A DNA stretch of 64,000 bases. Origin: Eledone cirrhosa (lineage: Eukaryota). Made by a program: the position numbers and the translations under genes. Shown here piece after piece: positions 1-12,978 of the stretch. Under the pieces are notes generated by a model that was not told the DNA's origin, did not search any database, and saw only the letters and a program-made list of their open reading frames with translations. The stretch spans positions 36,146,001-36,210,000 of the forward strand of contig OZ024746.1 in the NCBI GenBank assembly GCA_964016885.1, written 5' to 3'. Positions within the stretch are counted from its first letter, which is position 1. Each line of letters begins with the position of its first letter.

Positions 1-243
1 GCATTTACTCCTTCCGACAATATTGCAGTGTTTTCGTAGCACTTTTCATTGATGATTATCCATAAACCGTGATTATCCATAAACCGACCCTGCATTTCTT
101 GCTGAGAGGGTTGTGAAGTATAAGCAGCTTATTAAGAAATCTCATACTGAAGCAAAGAGAAGACTAATTGTACACGATGATAAGGTTTACATGGATATGG
201 ATACATTCGTACTACGGACCACACCCTAGCAGTGGGGTACTGC

Positions 244-340
<97 letters not shown>

Positions 341-342
<2 letters not shown>

Positions 343-1433
343 AAATTAAGATAAATGAAATGAATTTAATCCAAATCAAAATTATGGGTGTCATGCCAGA
401 AAGACATGCGCCATATCACCGGTAAAATACGCTCTAAGATTCTAACGAGTAGGTCCAAGCATTTTATAATAACTAGAAATTGATTAACATATAAATAAAC
501 ATGAATAATCACAGGAAATAATTTTTACAAGTGTGTAACCACACATAGCTAGGTAGGTAACTAAATAAAGTTGACCATAACTTCAAAAGTAGATACCTTA
601 TAATATGATTAATCTTCCCTGTATATATTCCATTAAAGAAATATATTTCACCAATTAATCGGATAGTAAACCACGGAAGTGGGGACTTGGATTTTCAACA
701 AGGAAGAAGTTCGAGGGAAGATTAATCATATTATAAGGTATCTATTTTTGAAGTTCTGGTCAACTTTATTTAGTAACCTACCTAGCTATGTGTGGTTACG
801 CACTTGTAAAAATTATCTCCTGTGATTATTCATGTTTATTTATATGTTAATCAATTTCTAGTTATTATAAAATGCTCGGACCTACTCGTTAGAATCTTAG
901 AGCTTATTTTCCCGGTGATATGGCGCATGTCTTTCTGGCATGACACCCATCATTTTGATTTGGATTATATTCATTTAATTTATCTTAATTTGGGATATAG
1001 ATATATAAATACGGTTCCTTAATTGTAGAGCTAACTCTGTTGAAAGGACTCGACTGCTGTTTCTAGTTGTCGATAACCCTATTCACGCCACTGGGACGAA
1101 GCTACTATTGTGTGTGTATTTCTAGTAAATACAACACGTGGTGATGGCCAGCCGCAGATTTGAACTTGAAGTGTAAACACGGATTGCTGGAACTCTTCCT
1201 TGTTGAAATGCAAGTCCCCACTTCCGTGGTTTACCATCCGATTAATTGGTGAAATATATTTCTTTAATGGAATATATACATGGAAGATTAATCATGTTAT
1301 AATGTATCTATTTTTGAAGTTCTGGTTAACTTTATTTAGTTACCTACCTAGCTATGTGTGGTTACACACTTGTAAAAATTATCTCCTGTGATTATTCATG
1401 TTTATTTATATGTTAATCCATTTCTAATTATTA
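341..1433. repeat. Non-coding fold-back plus partial tandem repeat (~566-bp unit), PLE pseudo-LTR-like layout
   Basis: 341-620 is the reverse complement of 714-992, and 466-712 is the reverse complement of 1190-1433. 716-868 is directly repeated at 1282-1433. Both outer ends abut (TA)n. Confidence 0.75.
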
Positions 1434-1835
1434 TATATATATATATATATATTTACAGCTCTGGTTTATCAGGACCATTGAGCACTTTGCCGCACATTTC
1501 GAAGATTGTGTTTCGTTTTTTCGTAGGCCGAAGTTCCGATTGTCGATAATTTATTTGTATATGTGTGTATATATATATACAGTGAAAAAGAGAGAGAGAG
1601 ATAGAGAGACAGAGGGGGGAGAGGGGAAGAGAGAGGAGGGAGAGAGATATTATAATAAATAATAAAGTTCATACATTTAAAACGTTAAGTGTAGGAAAAA
1701 TGATATAAACTAAATAAGTACTCATGTACTTGATTGGGAATATTTTCCTTGACTTTTATCTACGGACATCCTGGATACACACAGACATAGATACACAGAT
1801 GCACACAAACACGCAGCCCCATATATGTATATATA

Positions 1836-1992
<157 letters not shown>

Positions 1993-2137
1993 GTTGAGTT
2001 TATGTTGGTTGTATACCAACACCTCAGTATGCAGGCTGGAGCACTCGACGAAGTGCGCAGGTTGGTTTGGTTACTCCGGAGTAGTGTAAAATGAAGTTAA
2101 ATAAAAGTCAAATGATTAAAATTTACCTTCGTTTATT

Positions 2138-2192
2138 ACTGCTATATATATTTCAGTGACAGCCATCTTTGGCTGTGACCTCTTCAGACAGT
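2138..2192 (-). ncRNA. Minimal type I hammerhead ribozyme
   Basis: Minus strand reads ACTGT-CTGAAGA-GGTCACAGCCAAAGATGGCTGTCACT-GAAA-TATATAT-A-GCAGT. Stem I is ACTGT/GCAGT, stem II is ACAGCCA/TGGCTGT, and stem III is palindromic. Confidence 0.75.
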
Positions 2193-2417
2193 TTGAATTA
2201 GTATGGTATAGACAAGTACATATGTTGTTTAGGTGTATAATATGTCAATACTCTGATATGCCCAGTTCCTTGTTGGGTTGTTAATTCACTGAGGAACTGG
2301 AGCCATATCCAGTTCCTCAGTGAATTAACAACCCAACAAGGAACTGGGCATACCAGAATATTGACAATATTATACACCTAAACAACATATGTACTTGTCT
2401 ATACCATACTAATTCAA

Positions 2418-2472
2418 AGTGCCTGAAGAGGTCACAGCCAAAGATGGCTGTCACTGGAATATATATAGCAGT
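2418..2472 (+). ncRNA. Degenerate hammerhead (GAAA mutated to GGAA)
   Basis: Mirror copy of 2138-2192: GTGC-CTGAAGA-stem II-GGAA-TATATATA-GCAGT. Confidence 0.6.
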
Positions 2473-2516
2473 AATAAACGAAGGTAAATTTTATTCATTT
2501 GACTTTTATTTAACTT

Positions 2517-2603
<87 letters not shown>

Positions 2604-3518
2604 TATCACAACGTCAGTAACGTTAGAACTTCTTGAATAGCAATACAGATATTGAATTTAAATCTTATTTGCAATATAGCGGGCTAATGCCGGATGAATA
2701 AGCAATTAGTGACGAGTGAGTAATAGAGCAGCTGAAGCTTCGCAGAACGTTCGTAAAATCTAGTGATGTAGCTCTAACGAGTGAATAGGCATAGTCTTCG
2801 CTGTTCAGAGATGAATACCGAATTGCTGAATGGCTTGAATAAACCAACACAGTTGTAATATGGTCTGAATCGCTAAAAGCATTCATACTGAATTGCCTTT
2901 TGCGCGGATTAACAAGGAAAGCATTCAAACCATGTTTAGAGGAGGATTTTAAAAAACCTATATTGCAGTCTCCTTTCTACGTTGCAAGTGTTTGAGATGG
3001 ACAGGCGACATGTCTTTAAAGTCAGAAAGATTGTGTATTCGGTAAGAACAGAAAAGGTCTATAGGGGAATACACCTAAACAATTGGCAAATGGAACAGTA
3101 CATCCCTTACTGGTTAGGACCAAGACAATTGGAAGAAACAATATGTTACCGGCTAGATATATTTGGGATTTTCTCATCAAAGTTCCGTGTCTCTGTAAAT
3201 ATTGACAAGGATATATGATCGAAACTACAATCTTAAAGTCTGGTGACAGGAATCATTGCTCAGGCGGGAAGAGGGATACGTTTGGAACAAATGTCATTAA
3301 AGGAGAGGATTTGGGCTTTCATTCTTAGACTGAAAGAAACGTATATGTTGGGGGTGCACATTCATGGGTCAAACATAGAATCGAAATAATGATGGAGCTT
3401 GTTTAATAACAGTAAAATTACTTCGAAGGATTAAAAGTTGCAAAATCTTTACATGTGTACACTTCAAGTAATTCCTGATTCAAGAAGGATATACATACAT
3501 ATATAGAAATAGGTATAT

Positions 3519-3651
<133 letters not shown>

Positions 3652-3697
3652 GACATATCTATAAATGTATATGTATATATATATATATATACACACA

Positions 3698-3756
<59 letters not shown>

Positions 3757-4251
3757 CGGTCTTGTCTGCAATCGAACCGCCCTTCCTGGGGTCACGAGTG
3801 TTAGTACATGTGTGTAGGTGTGTCTTTATTTACTTAGTTATAAATTGTATATAATTTATACGTGTGTACGGTAAAATTTGACGTTTGTGTGTAGTAGATC
3901 TATATATCTATAAAGTAAAAAAAAATCATAACTCACAATCGTAAAACTGTAACATATAATAAATATCTCTCTACGATGTAATAAACATTTCTGGTGTCAG
4001 AAAGGTGACTTTGTGTGCGATTAAAATGCCTGCTATCTACCATAATAACCATTGAAGTATATAACAATTAAATATATTTATAGCTGTAAAGTGTACAGAT
4101 TTTCCACGTGTTTTATTTGTTCAAAATTCTTTACATGTGTTTCCCTTAACCCCATGATTCTTTAGATTACACGATCACACATACAAGAAAAACATAAAAT
4201 CATTCATGCAAGCATGTTTAAATTCATACACATATACACAAACAGACGCCT

Positions 4252-4305
<54 letters not shown>

Positions 4306-4886
4306 CCTTGTATATATATATATATATATACATACATATGGATTGCAATCAAGTGTCTATATGTTAGTAATGGCTTTGTTTGTTGTGTGAATGTTCTTGT
4401 GCATGTGTGCATGCGATATAATTCGGCGAAGTTTGACTGCTGAGCAGACTAATTTTTTTTTCTTCTTCTGTATTTGAATATGGCAGGAATAGATAATTTT
4501 AGAAGTATGAAAAGGAAGAAAACACATTTAGATTCGACGTATAAAGGGTTAATGCAAACGTCATATTTTTTTAAGTCAAATAATTTCAAACAATATATAT
4601 ACTTGTTAAAAAATTTATTCGGGAATATTTAATATCATGGTCAGCGTGGTCATTTATGTACATAGTTCGAATTACACCGTGTTTGGGAAGATGGGTACAC
4701 CACGTTTGATCTGCCGGATTTGAAGTGTGGGTAAGTTTTAGTTGGGCAGGATTCATGAGTAGACTCTGGTGTATTGCTCTGTAGTATTGCTCTGGGTGTT
4801 TGCTGAGAGTCTGTGGACTGATAGAAACAATATATATATAGGTTTACACACACACACGCACACACACACACACACGCGCACACACA

Positions 4887-4941
<55 letters not shown>

Positions 4942-5021
4942 TTTTTTTTTTATTATTTGTTCCAAGGCTCTGATACCATCAACACTATACACACAGAGCT
5001 GTCATATCTAAGAACTGACTA

Positions 5022-5077
5022 ACTGCCTGATGAGGTCATATCCATTCAATGGCTATCATCGAAATATATATAGCAGT
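5022..5077 (+). ncRNA. Minimal type I hammerhead ribozyme in PLE pseudo-LTR fragment (~4959-5125)
   Basis: ACTGC-CTGATGA-GGTCATATCCATTCAATGGCTATCATC-GAAA-TATATAT-A-GCAGT. Stem I ACTGC/GCAGT is perfect. The ~165-bp context recurs at ~48690-48860. Confidence 0.8.
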
Positions 5078-5121
5078 AGATAAAGGATTATGAGTTCATG
5101 CAATTGGCTTATGTTTCGTTA

Positions 5122-5319
<198 letters not shown>

Positions 5320-5927
5320 GTATATACCGACCACGCCGCTAAACGTTTTTGGCTTTTGTGTACGGGAAGGTCGGTGTTATACACATCTCTATAACCACTA
5401 TACATCTTTTGTAACTTATATGGCGACTAATTGGCTTAGAGTATCATGTGACAGGGGCATAGGAAAGATCAATATCGTTGAACATTTGCATTAATGTTAA
5501 TTGTATAAGGTGGATGTATTTCTGTGGTATTGTGACTATAATTTCGCACTTCAGCATCATCGTGTGTTGATAGCATTTTTACTTCAATCAAGGCGTCGCT
5601 TAGAAGATCTGGGAACGAGCTATCGTATATATACTTGATAATTGCACTTTGTTTTCTTTGACCACTTTGTGATTCAGCTTATAGTATGGGGATATTTATG
5701 ATATCATATATTTATTCCATCGTTCAAATATCTACTGAGCCACGTTGATAGATGCATGTACCCGATGCATATATCTCCTAATTAGGTTATTTCATCAGAG
5801 TATATACTGATTTACATGTCTGGTGATATAAAATACCTTAGATACACGGATAGCATCTTCTGTAATTGATGATATCTTCGTGTTTCATGTAGAAGAAAAC
5901 TGTAGGCTGTATCCGACTGCTCTTTCT

Positions 5928-6354
5928 AGCAGCCAGCCTACCCGCCACCTGGCCACCGTTAACAACCTTCTACATTGACCACTAGCCACGGGATAATGCT
6001 TAGCCATTTTTTAATTCATTTCTGGCGGCGATTACTGTAGAAATGTTAGTCCAAACCTGAGGGGGGTCTCTTGATAAACTCTAAGCTTCATGGATAATAC
6101 CAAGATCGGACATATCTATAAAGGACTAGCGAAACTATCGATAGTCAGGACTAGAGTAAATTTTATATGCATTTTTTCTTCTAACTTATATTTTAAACTT
6201 AGCTCCGTTTAATTTATTATTTGTCTAGTTAATGTCTATGGTCTAAGAGGAAAGACTGGATACATTTTATCTGACTGTTCCTCGCGGAAAATAGTCTGTA
6301 TCATGTGTCTATTCAAAGTTACATTTTAAACTTATAGCTCCGTTTACATGATTA
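5928..6354 (+). repeat. Unclassified interspersed repeat with internal ~140-bp tandem subunits (continues at 8326-8375 after the Chapaev3 insertion)
   Basis: Homologous to 37390-37606 and 39412-39597 (reverse strand) and to 39745-39865 (forward). The motif TTTTAAACTT..AGCTCCGTTTA occurs at ~6191 and ~6324. Confidence 0.65.
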
Positions 6355-8325
6355 AACTGGTCAACAAAAAATATTCATTACATGGTTATGGTATAATTTA
6401 GTATGATTCTAGGGTAATCAAGTGTGCAGAATCTGAATATGATACCAGTTAAACTGTATCGTGTCTAGTTTTCGAGAACCAGCTTATCTATGTTTATGAC
6501 CCATAACTATGTGACTCATATTTCTTCATCCAATTGTATCCACTATATTTAGTTGTTAACTAATTTATAATTACTACTTTCGTTTCAGATCACAGAATTG
6601 TAACTATCCTCAGCTAGTCTTGGATAATTCACAACAACTTTGACTAGTGTGAGAGATGGAACGCCGGAAATGTGTAAATGACCCGGACCGATTTTGCTAT
6701 ATTTGTGGACGCTTTACTTCAGAAAGCATAAACAAAAAAATCACAAAAGCAGTTCCAATAAACTACAAATGCTACTTCAAATGTCCATTAGGAGACCAGG
6801 ACAAGAAATGGGCGCATCATATAGCGTGTAGGTCATGTGTTAATCACCTAAGTGAATGGAAGAATGGGAAACGAAGCTCTGGTTTACCATTTGCCGTACC
6901 AATGGTGTGGCGCGAACCAAAAGACCACAATAATGATTGTTACTTCTGCCATATAAACATCCAAGGAATAATTGTGAAGACACGAACTACACTTCAATAC
7001 CCCGATATCTCGTCAGCAATCGGACCAGTACTTCACAGTGACGAATTACCTGTTACAGTTCCACTTGCCGAACACGAGCTAATCTCTGATTCTGAATCCA
7101 GTAGCACCCCTATTGATGATGACTATCAAGACGAACATGAGACAAGTGAACCCATACCATTTAACCAGGAAGCTCTTCACGATCTCATTAGAGACCTACA
7201 TTTGTCTAAAGAAAAGGCAGACCTCCTGGGATCAAGACCGAACCTGGCGTCCACATTACAACTGCTCGTTATCGTCATAAACAACTTAATTAGTCTACTT
7301 CTAGGTCTTCAGACTGGTTACACAAAGCATATGTGTTTTCTATGATTGTGGAATGGTAGAGCAAATGCGGAGCACTACATCAAGAAGGATTGGCCAACAA
7401 GACTAACGGGTGCACCTGGTAGATTCAACTGTCTGTACAAACCTCTCGTGGATCCAGAAAAAGTATTCCTCCCTCCAATACATCTCAAATTAGGCTTGGC
7501 CAAAAACTTTATTAAAAGCATGGATCATTTAGGTAATGGGTTTCAGTACTTGTGTAAGAAATTGGGTAGAGTGGTATCTGAAGCAAAGTTAAAAGCAGGG
7601 GTTTTGAATGGTCCTCAGATTCGTATGCTGGTTAATGAGTGTGTTTACGAAAACACTAAAGCCTTTGGAGACTAATGCATGGAAATCATGTGTAGATGTG
7701 AGACAGAACTTTCTTGGAAACCACCGTGCAGACAACTATAAAGAAATTGTTGAAACCATGATACAAAATGATCACGCTCTTGGTTCACGAATGTCGTTGA
7801 AGCTTCATTTCTTCCATTCTTATCTGGATTACTTCCCAAGTAATCTAGAAGACATCAGTGATGAACTTGGAGTGAGGTTTCACCAGGACATTGCCATAAT
7901 GGAGAGTAGGTATCATGGTCGGTTCAATCACAACATGATGGGCGACTACTGCTGGACACTGCAACGTGAGGAGAGCCAGAAAAACAAACGTAAAAGCAAA
8001 ATCCAGAAATTTTTTTAGAAATGTTTTTAAATATTTGTTATGTTCAGAATGTTGTTCAGAAATGTTTTGTTAATATACTAAGTGTTAAACAACTAAATAA
8101 AAATATGTTTATATATTTTTATTAATAAGTTAATATGTTTATATCTAAGTCATCATATGTTGCACAATGGATAAATAATGCAATACGAGGAACATATTTT
8201 CGATCTCATATTAAGGCATTCTGGTCCGATATCAAAAAAATGAATATCAAAACTGAATTTAGTGTTATGAAATTAGTAAGATGCACATATTCACATGTAA
8301 GAACCATTTTGGCTGTTGACCAGTG
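6355..8325 (+). mobile_element. Chapaev3-type (CMC superfamily) DNA transposon, defective
   Basis: TIRs are AACTGGTCAACA (6355) and TGTTGACCAGTG (8325), 11/12 match. TTA TSD at 6352-6354 and 8326-8328, consistent with the Chapaev3 TWA TSD and CAC..GTG ends. Confidence 0.8.
6656..8018 (+). pseudogene. Chapaev3 transposase, internally deleted and frameshifted
   Basis: Motifs FCYICG, GDQDK.WA.H..C..C, PMVWREP.DH..DCYFC, LPP.H.KLGL..NF, SEAKLK.G...GPQIR and MSLKLH....D....RFHQDI are spread over ORFs 6656-7345, 7346-7675 and 7608-8018. Confidence 0.85.
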
Positions 8326-8410
8326 TTATTTATCTGGTTGAATTCTACGGACTAGGGTGAAGAAAGACTGAGTATATATTTATCTAATAATTCTTCAAAA
8401 TTGTAATTTT

Positions 8411-8493
<83 letters not shown>

Positions 8494-9539
8494 TAGTAAT
8501 AATTATAAATTTGAAGACTAAAATCCAAACAGGGCTCGATAAGGATAAATATATATCAAATATATAAGAACCGTAGTGCAAATAGAGTTTCAGAAGATCC
8601 CGTTAAGGGTGAATGCAGCGATTCTTTGCTTAAACATTTAATCTGTTATTTTAATAAATATATATATATATACGCACATTATATATATATATTCGGGATA
8701 AACACAAAGCGGAAGGTCGGAAATTGGCTGTAGTCTATCAATTCATAGCAACTTATATATATATATATAATATCCGACCGTCCACTTTCTGACTGTCCAT
8801 TATCCCGAACATTTAAACCGAAATCGCGCATTCATTTCGTCATACCGACAACTACGAGATCACATACCTTACTCACTTAGCCACAGGGTGGTAACTCGTC
8901 AGATCGCCCAAGGAAACAATGTTTACTTTGGTCTTTACTATTGCTGATAGTATCACCCAGTCGCAGTTCTGGACAGAAGGAGCAACGTGAAATTAATCGT
9001 TTTGCAGATGTAAATCTTATTTTCTAACCACTACGCCAAGTACCTTCAATATATCATAACTCCGGATTGGATTCTTGTGATCTTGATTTTGTTGTGTAAT
9101 ATATTCTCAAATTACATTTTGAATTTGTTTTTTATTGGCTAATTTTTCTTACTTGTTTATAGTTGCCCTTCAGATATTCTTTCATATAAACCCCATTTTT
9201 CTCTAAGAGATTTCATTTCTGTTCCGATTTTTTTTCTAATTACGGGCTGTACTGGTATTTCAGAATTTGTAATTATTTCGTCTATGCTTTCCAGGCATTT
9301 TTTTCAATCTATACTATTCGCCTGGCGTTTGAGTACTTTCTGTTGCATTTCAATTCTGTATTTTCGATGTGACTCCCGGTAGCGTCGTAGTTGCACCGTA
9401 GTTAATAAACCGTTTCTTGACCATTTTTACTCCTGTTGTCTCGAGGACTGAATACAACCTATTTCTTCCAGAAAAGGAGATGGAGAGATAGAGGGGGAAG
9501 TGAGAAAGTCATATAGAGTTATACGCAAACATTGTACTC

Positions 9540-9665
9540 TGCTATTACTTTTTTATCGAACTCAAAATGATGAAAGGCTAACTTACCTACAATTTCAACT
9601 CAGAGTTCAAATTCGGACCAGATACCGCAATGTATTCCAGCCGACGTTCAAACGTCTCTGCATAT
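9540..9665 (-). mobile_element. Degraded tRNA-derived SINE fragment (same family as 50578-50795)
   Basis: The reverse complement resembles 50580-50715, including the GCCTTTCATC..TCGATAAA domain. Confidence 0.5.
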
Positions 9666-12047
9666 AATAGCCTACATAATTATTTAGTTCATATGTATTT
9701 GTACGGATGGCACTGATCTCTGTCATATATATATATAAGCGTACCTTGTCATTTTTAGATAGTTGTCGTCTTTTTTATATATCTATTGCTACATTTTTTT
9801 TTGTATTTCAAGGCCATATTAATTGACAAGGATCAGTAGGGTATCCAGATATTATATGTCCTTTGCAATTTACCTGTCACCCACCCTTAATAAAATGGAT
9901 TCAATATTGTTCTTGTCAATTTCTAGCTACTCAGTTAACGAGATGAAACCTAGATTGAAGTATTGAGGAGGTAATTAAATTATGTAGCTTTAAATTTTTT
10001 TTTTTTTTAAATTTTATGTGTGATTAACATTTTTTTTTTCTGCTTGCAATAATTTGGTTTTCTTTCATTTTACGTTGCAATGTCGATATATCTTTTTGTT
10101 AATAGAGCTGTTTCCTTTATTTGGTGATTTTATATATCCAAACTGTAAAAGGTATTTCGGTAATAAATTCGTACTATTCTAAATTAGTATTCCTTTGGGA
10201 ACTCTCTTCTATTTTAGAACACTTCAAAAGTAATTCATCTTTAAATTCTTTTCACTTGGGAAACCTATATTCTCTTCTCACATAAAATGTTATTTTTCGA
10301 GTGAACAGCTAATCCAATGTACTGTCTATATGATGTCGACAAACAATTTAGTCTTGTAAATTTAGCTTTCTCCCGGAAAATGTTCGTCACTTAATTTTAA
10401 TATAATATAGCTGCTATCTGACGTGGGACTTTCTGACTGGTTATCACTGCACTTTCTCATTACGTTGGAATCACCGCCTCCATTTGATGATATAATATCG
10501 AAAATCTTCCTGTATAATTACTATGATGAAGGAAGATACATGGTGGACCTCGCTGATAATTTTGATGTTATATTATTACCTACCACAAAAGTCTACATTA
10601 GCTTCTCCAATTAACCATTAAAAAGAAAGTTAAAGTTGACTGATTGTCACATATTCCATTAAAACGTTATAAAATTTGGATGGGAGGAGTGAAATATGTG
10701 ATGATTAAATATGACGTGGTAGGCTCGGATTAGGATCTCTTTGAAAGCCTTTCATTTGGTTGGACATGGTACTGAAAATTCGTATGTGGAATGCCTAGTA
10801 TAATTGAAGAGCTGTTTGTTGTCTGCGATTTACAATTTAATATTCATATAATACAAATCAATTCCTAACAAATAAAAAAAAAATCTTTCCTTGGAGTATT
10901 AAGACGAAAGTAAAACAAAACAAATATAATGAATTAGATGGACGACATTTAATCTTAGGAACGCTACGAAATTTGCTATTCAGACCTGAAGTCGAAGGCA
11001 AACACTGTAGAACACAAGGAGAAAATAATGGCTTCGTTTTCACCGCCACAATAAGCAGGTGTGAGAGATACTATCAGGAAACAACGTATCAATAGTTAGG
11101 TGATACGAAATATATGTTGCAAACAAATACGCCAACATGACCGTGGGTAATTTTGCCTCTCATACATCAGAGGTCAATCTTTCACGTAAAGTCATTGGAT
11201 GTTTGCCTACATTAGACATTCTTATTACTGTTGGAACCCGTTTAGTCATACATCTAATAATTTAGTTTGAACATGTGTTACACAAACGCAACATACTCTA
11301 CCAATGTAACACTACATTCTCTTGGAATGTAAACTATATATTCCAGTTCATTTAGTCTATATGAAGTAATATTTACTGAGATGAACTGTTGACTATTCTG
11401 AATTATATAAGAGTATATGAAACACTATTTTATTTTTATGTGAATCAATTTAAGATCTAATAATATAGTGTGTATATAAATATTATTTTAGATTTCTGCG
11501 CTGAAAGCTAATATCGTCAGCTCTGTATAAGCGTCTATAAAGTTATCTAAACACATCTATAGTAAACGAAATATATTTATATTATAATGCATTCATTGGA
11601 AAATAATATTGTCAACTATATATTCAACAATATATTTAGAAGTCTAAAACATTTCACTTCAAAATGTATAACTGTAAGCAAAATTAGGACCAACAAATAT
11701 ATATTAGGACTGAGAAACTCATATAAAATTATTAGCAAAATATTGCACATTTGCATAGAATTTGCTGAATGACCAAAAATGAGGGGGGTATTTATATCAT
11801 AATTTGAAAAACAAACATATAATCTGAAGTATAAAGACGTGATTGTATGAATCTACAAGACAAGTAATTGCTCAAAATCGTACCAAAATGTATCCATGAA
11901 AACAATGCTGACTTATTGCTTATATGTGTCGATAAGCAGAAAGGTAGACTATAAGAGCAAATGGGTATGAACATATTAAAATATAAAGAAGCAACTTATA
12001 AATTGCTACATATAATTTGTGGAAGACCATCAGTTCAACATACATAC

Positions 12048-12149
12048 CAGTCTTCCATGTACACGCCGGTAATGCAATCCTAGGAAAAAGCACATTCCGA
12101 CACAGCTTTACACCAGTGATATCATTACTCATATCTCCAGCTCTGTAAA
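12048..12149 (-). other. Candidate 102-bp internal exon of an unidentified host gene
   Basis: Minus strand: tttatttcacgttgctccAG|...|GTATGT. Symmetric phase 1-1 with open frame YRAGDMSNDITGVKLCRNVLFPRIALPACTWKT. No homology recognised. Confidence 0.25.
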
Positions 12150-12978
12150 CTGGAGCAACGTGAAATAAAGTTTTTTTGTACATAGAATCTATGAATTGCG
12201 CGGTTCAGGAATCAAACTATCAATCTCATGCATGCAAATCAAACTCGCTTACCAGTAATCAATGTACCGCGACACACAAATACACACACTCACACACACA
12301 CGCACCTTTCCCCAATCCTGATACAGCGAGATATATAGGTATTTTAGTGATGTCTTAAACATACAGACGAAGAGATTCATGATCTAGATTGATGTTCACC
12401 TTAATCGATAATTGGTGTTTGAGACTAATTACTGTGATCGATGGTGAATTTTCATTTTTCTGAAGCTCAAAAACAGATCACTCTATTATTGGATGGTTAT
12501 ATTTAGAAGTACATCCTTTTAATCTATGACATAATCTCTGTGTGAGTATCGATCTTATTTAACATCTAATTTGTAGTTAAATCTGCTTGTTTTGCTATAC
12601 ATGTATATATGTATTAAATGCTATTCGGATTCTCAATTGATATATATATTCATATAACGTTAACATTTATATTATAATATTGATGTTCTCAACTAAGTTT
12701 TATTGAGCTTTCTGCTGAGAAATATTATCGATATAGATATAGAGAAATAGATATATAGATAGATTTCTTTATTTACCATAAAGGCATAAAAAGAAGGGAC
12801 AAATACAAAGGGGGAGATTACAGATAATCGAGTAAAAAGGGTGTAACATGAAAATAATCGAAAATAACCTCAAAAGGGAGGGGACGTGATGGGGGTTGCA
12901 CACACACCCGAAAAAGTGTGCAATCCTTTGCCCGGGGAGCACATGGAGAAGGTGCTCCCCTCTCCTTTACTTCTTTAC

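Larger units (their letters stand above)
2087..2524. repeat. ~215-bp-arm fold-back (inverted PLE pseudo-LTRs) with one hammerhead per arm
   Basis: Arms 2087-2301 and 2308-2524 are near-perfect reverse complements around loop GCCATA. A truncated copy of the same sequence lies at 51188-51272. Confidence 0.85.

Noticed and set aside
2610-3480. Coding remnant (similarly 18680-19180 and 63200-63780)
   Set aside because: Probably old TE fragments, but no recognisable motif, so left uncalled.
8825-8908. Minus-strand CTGACGA...GAAA as a hammerhead
   Set aside because: No valid NUH triplet and no stem I pairing.
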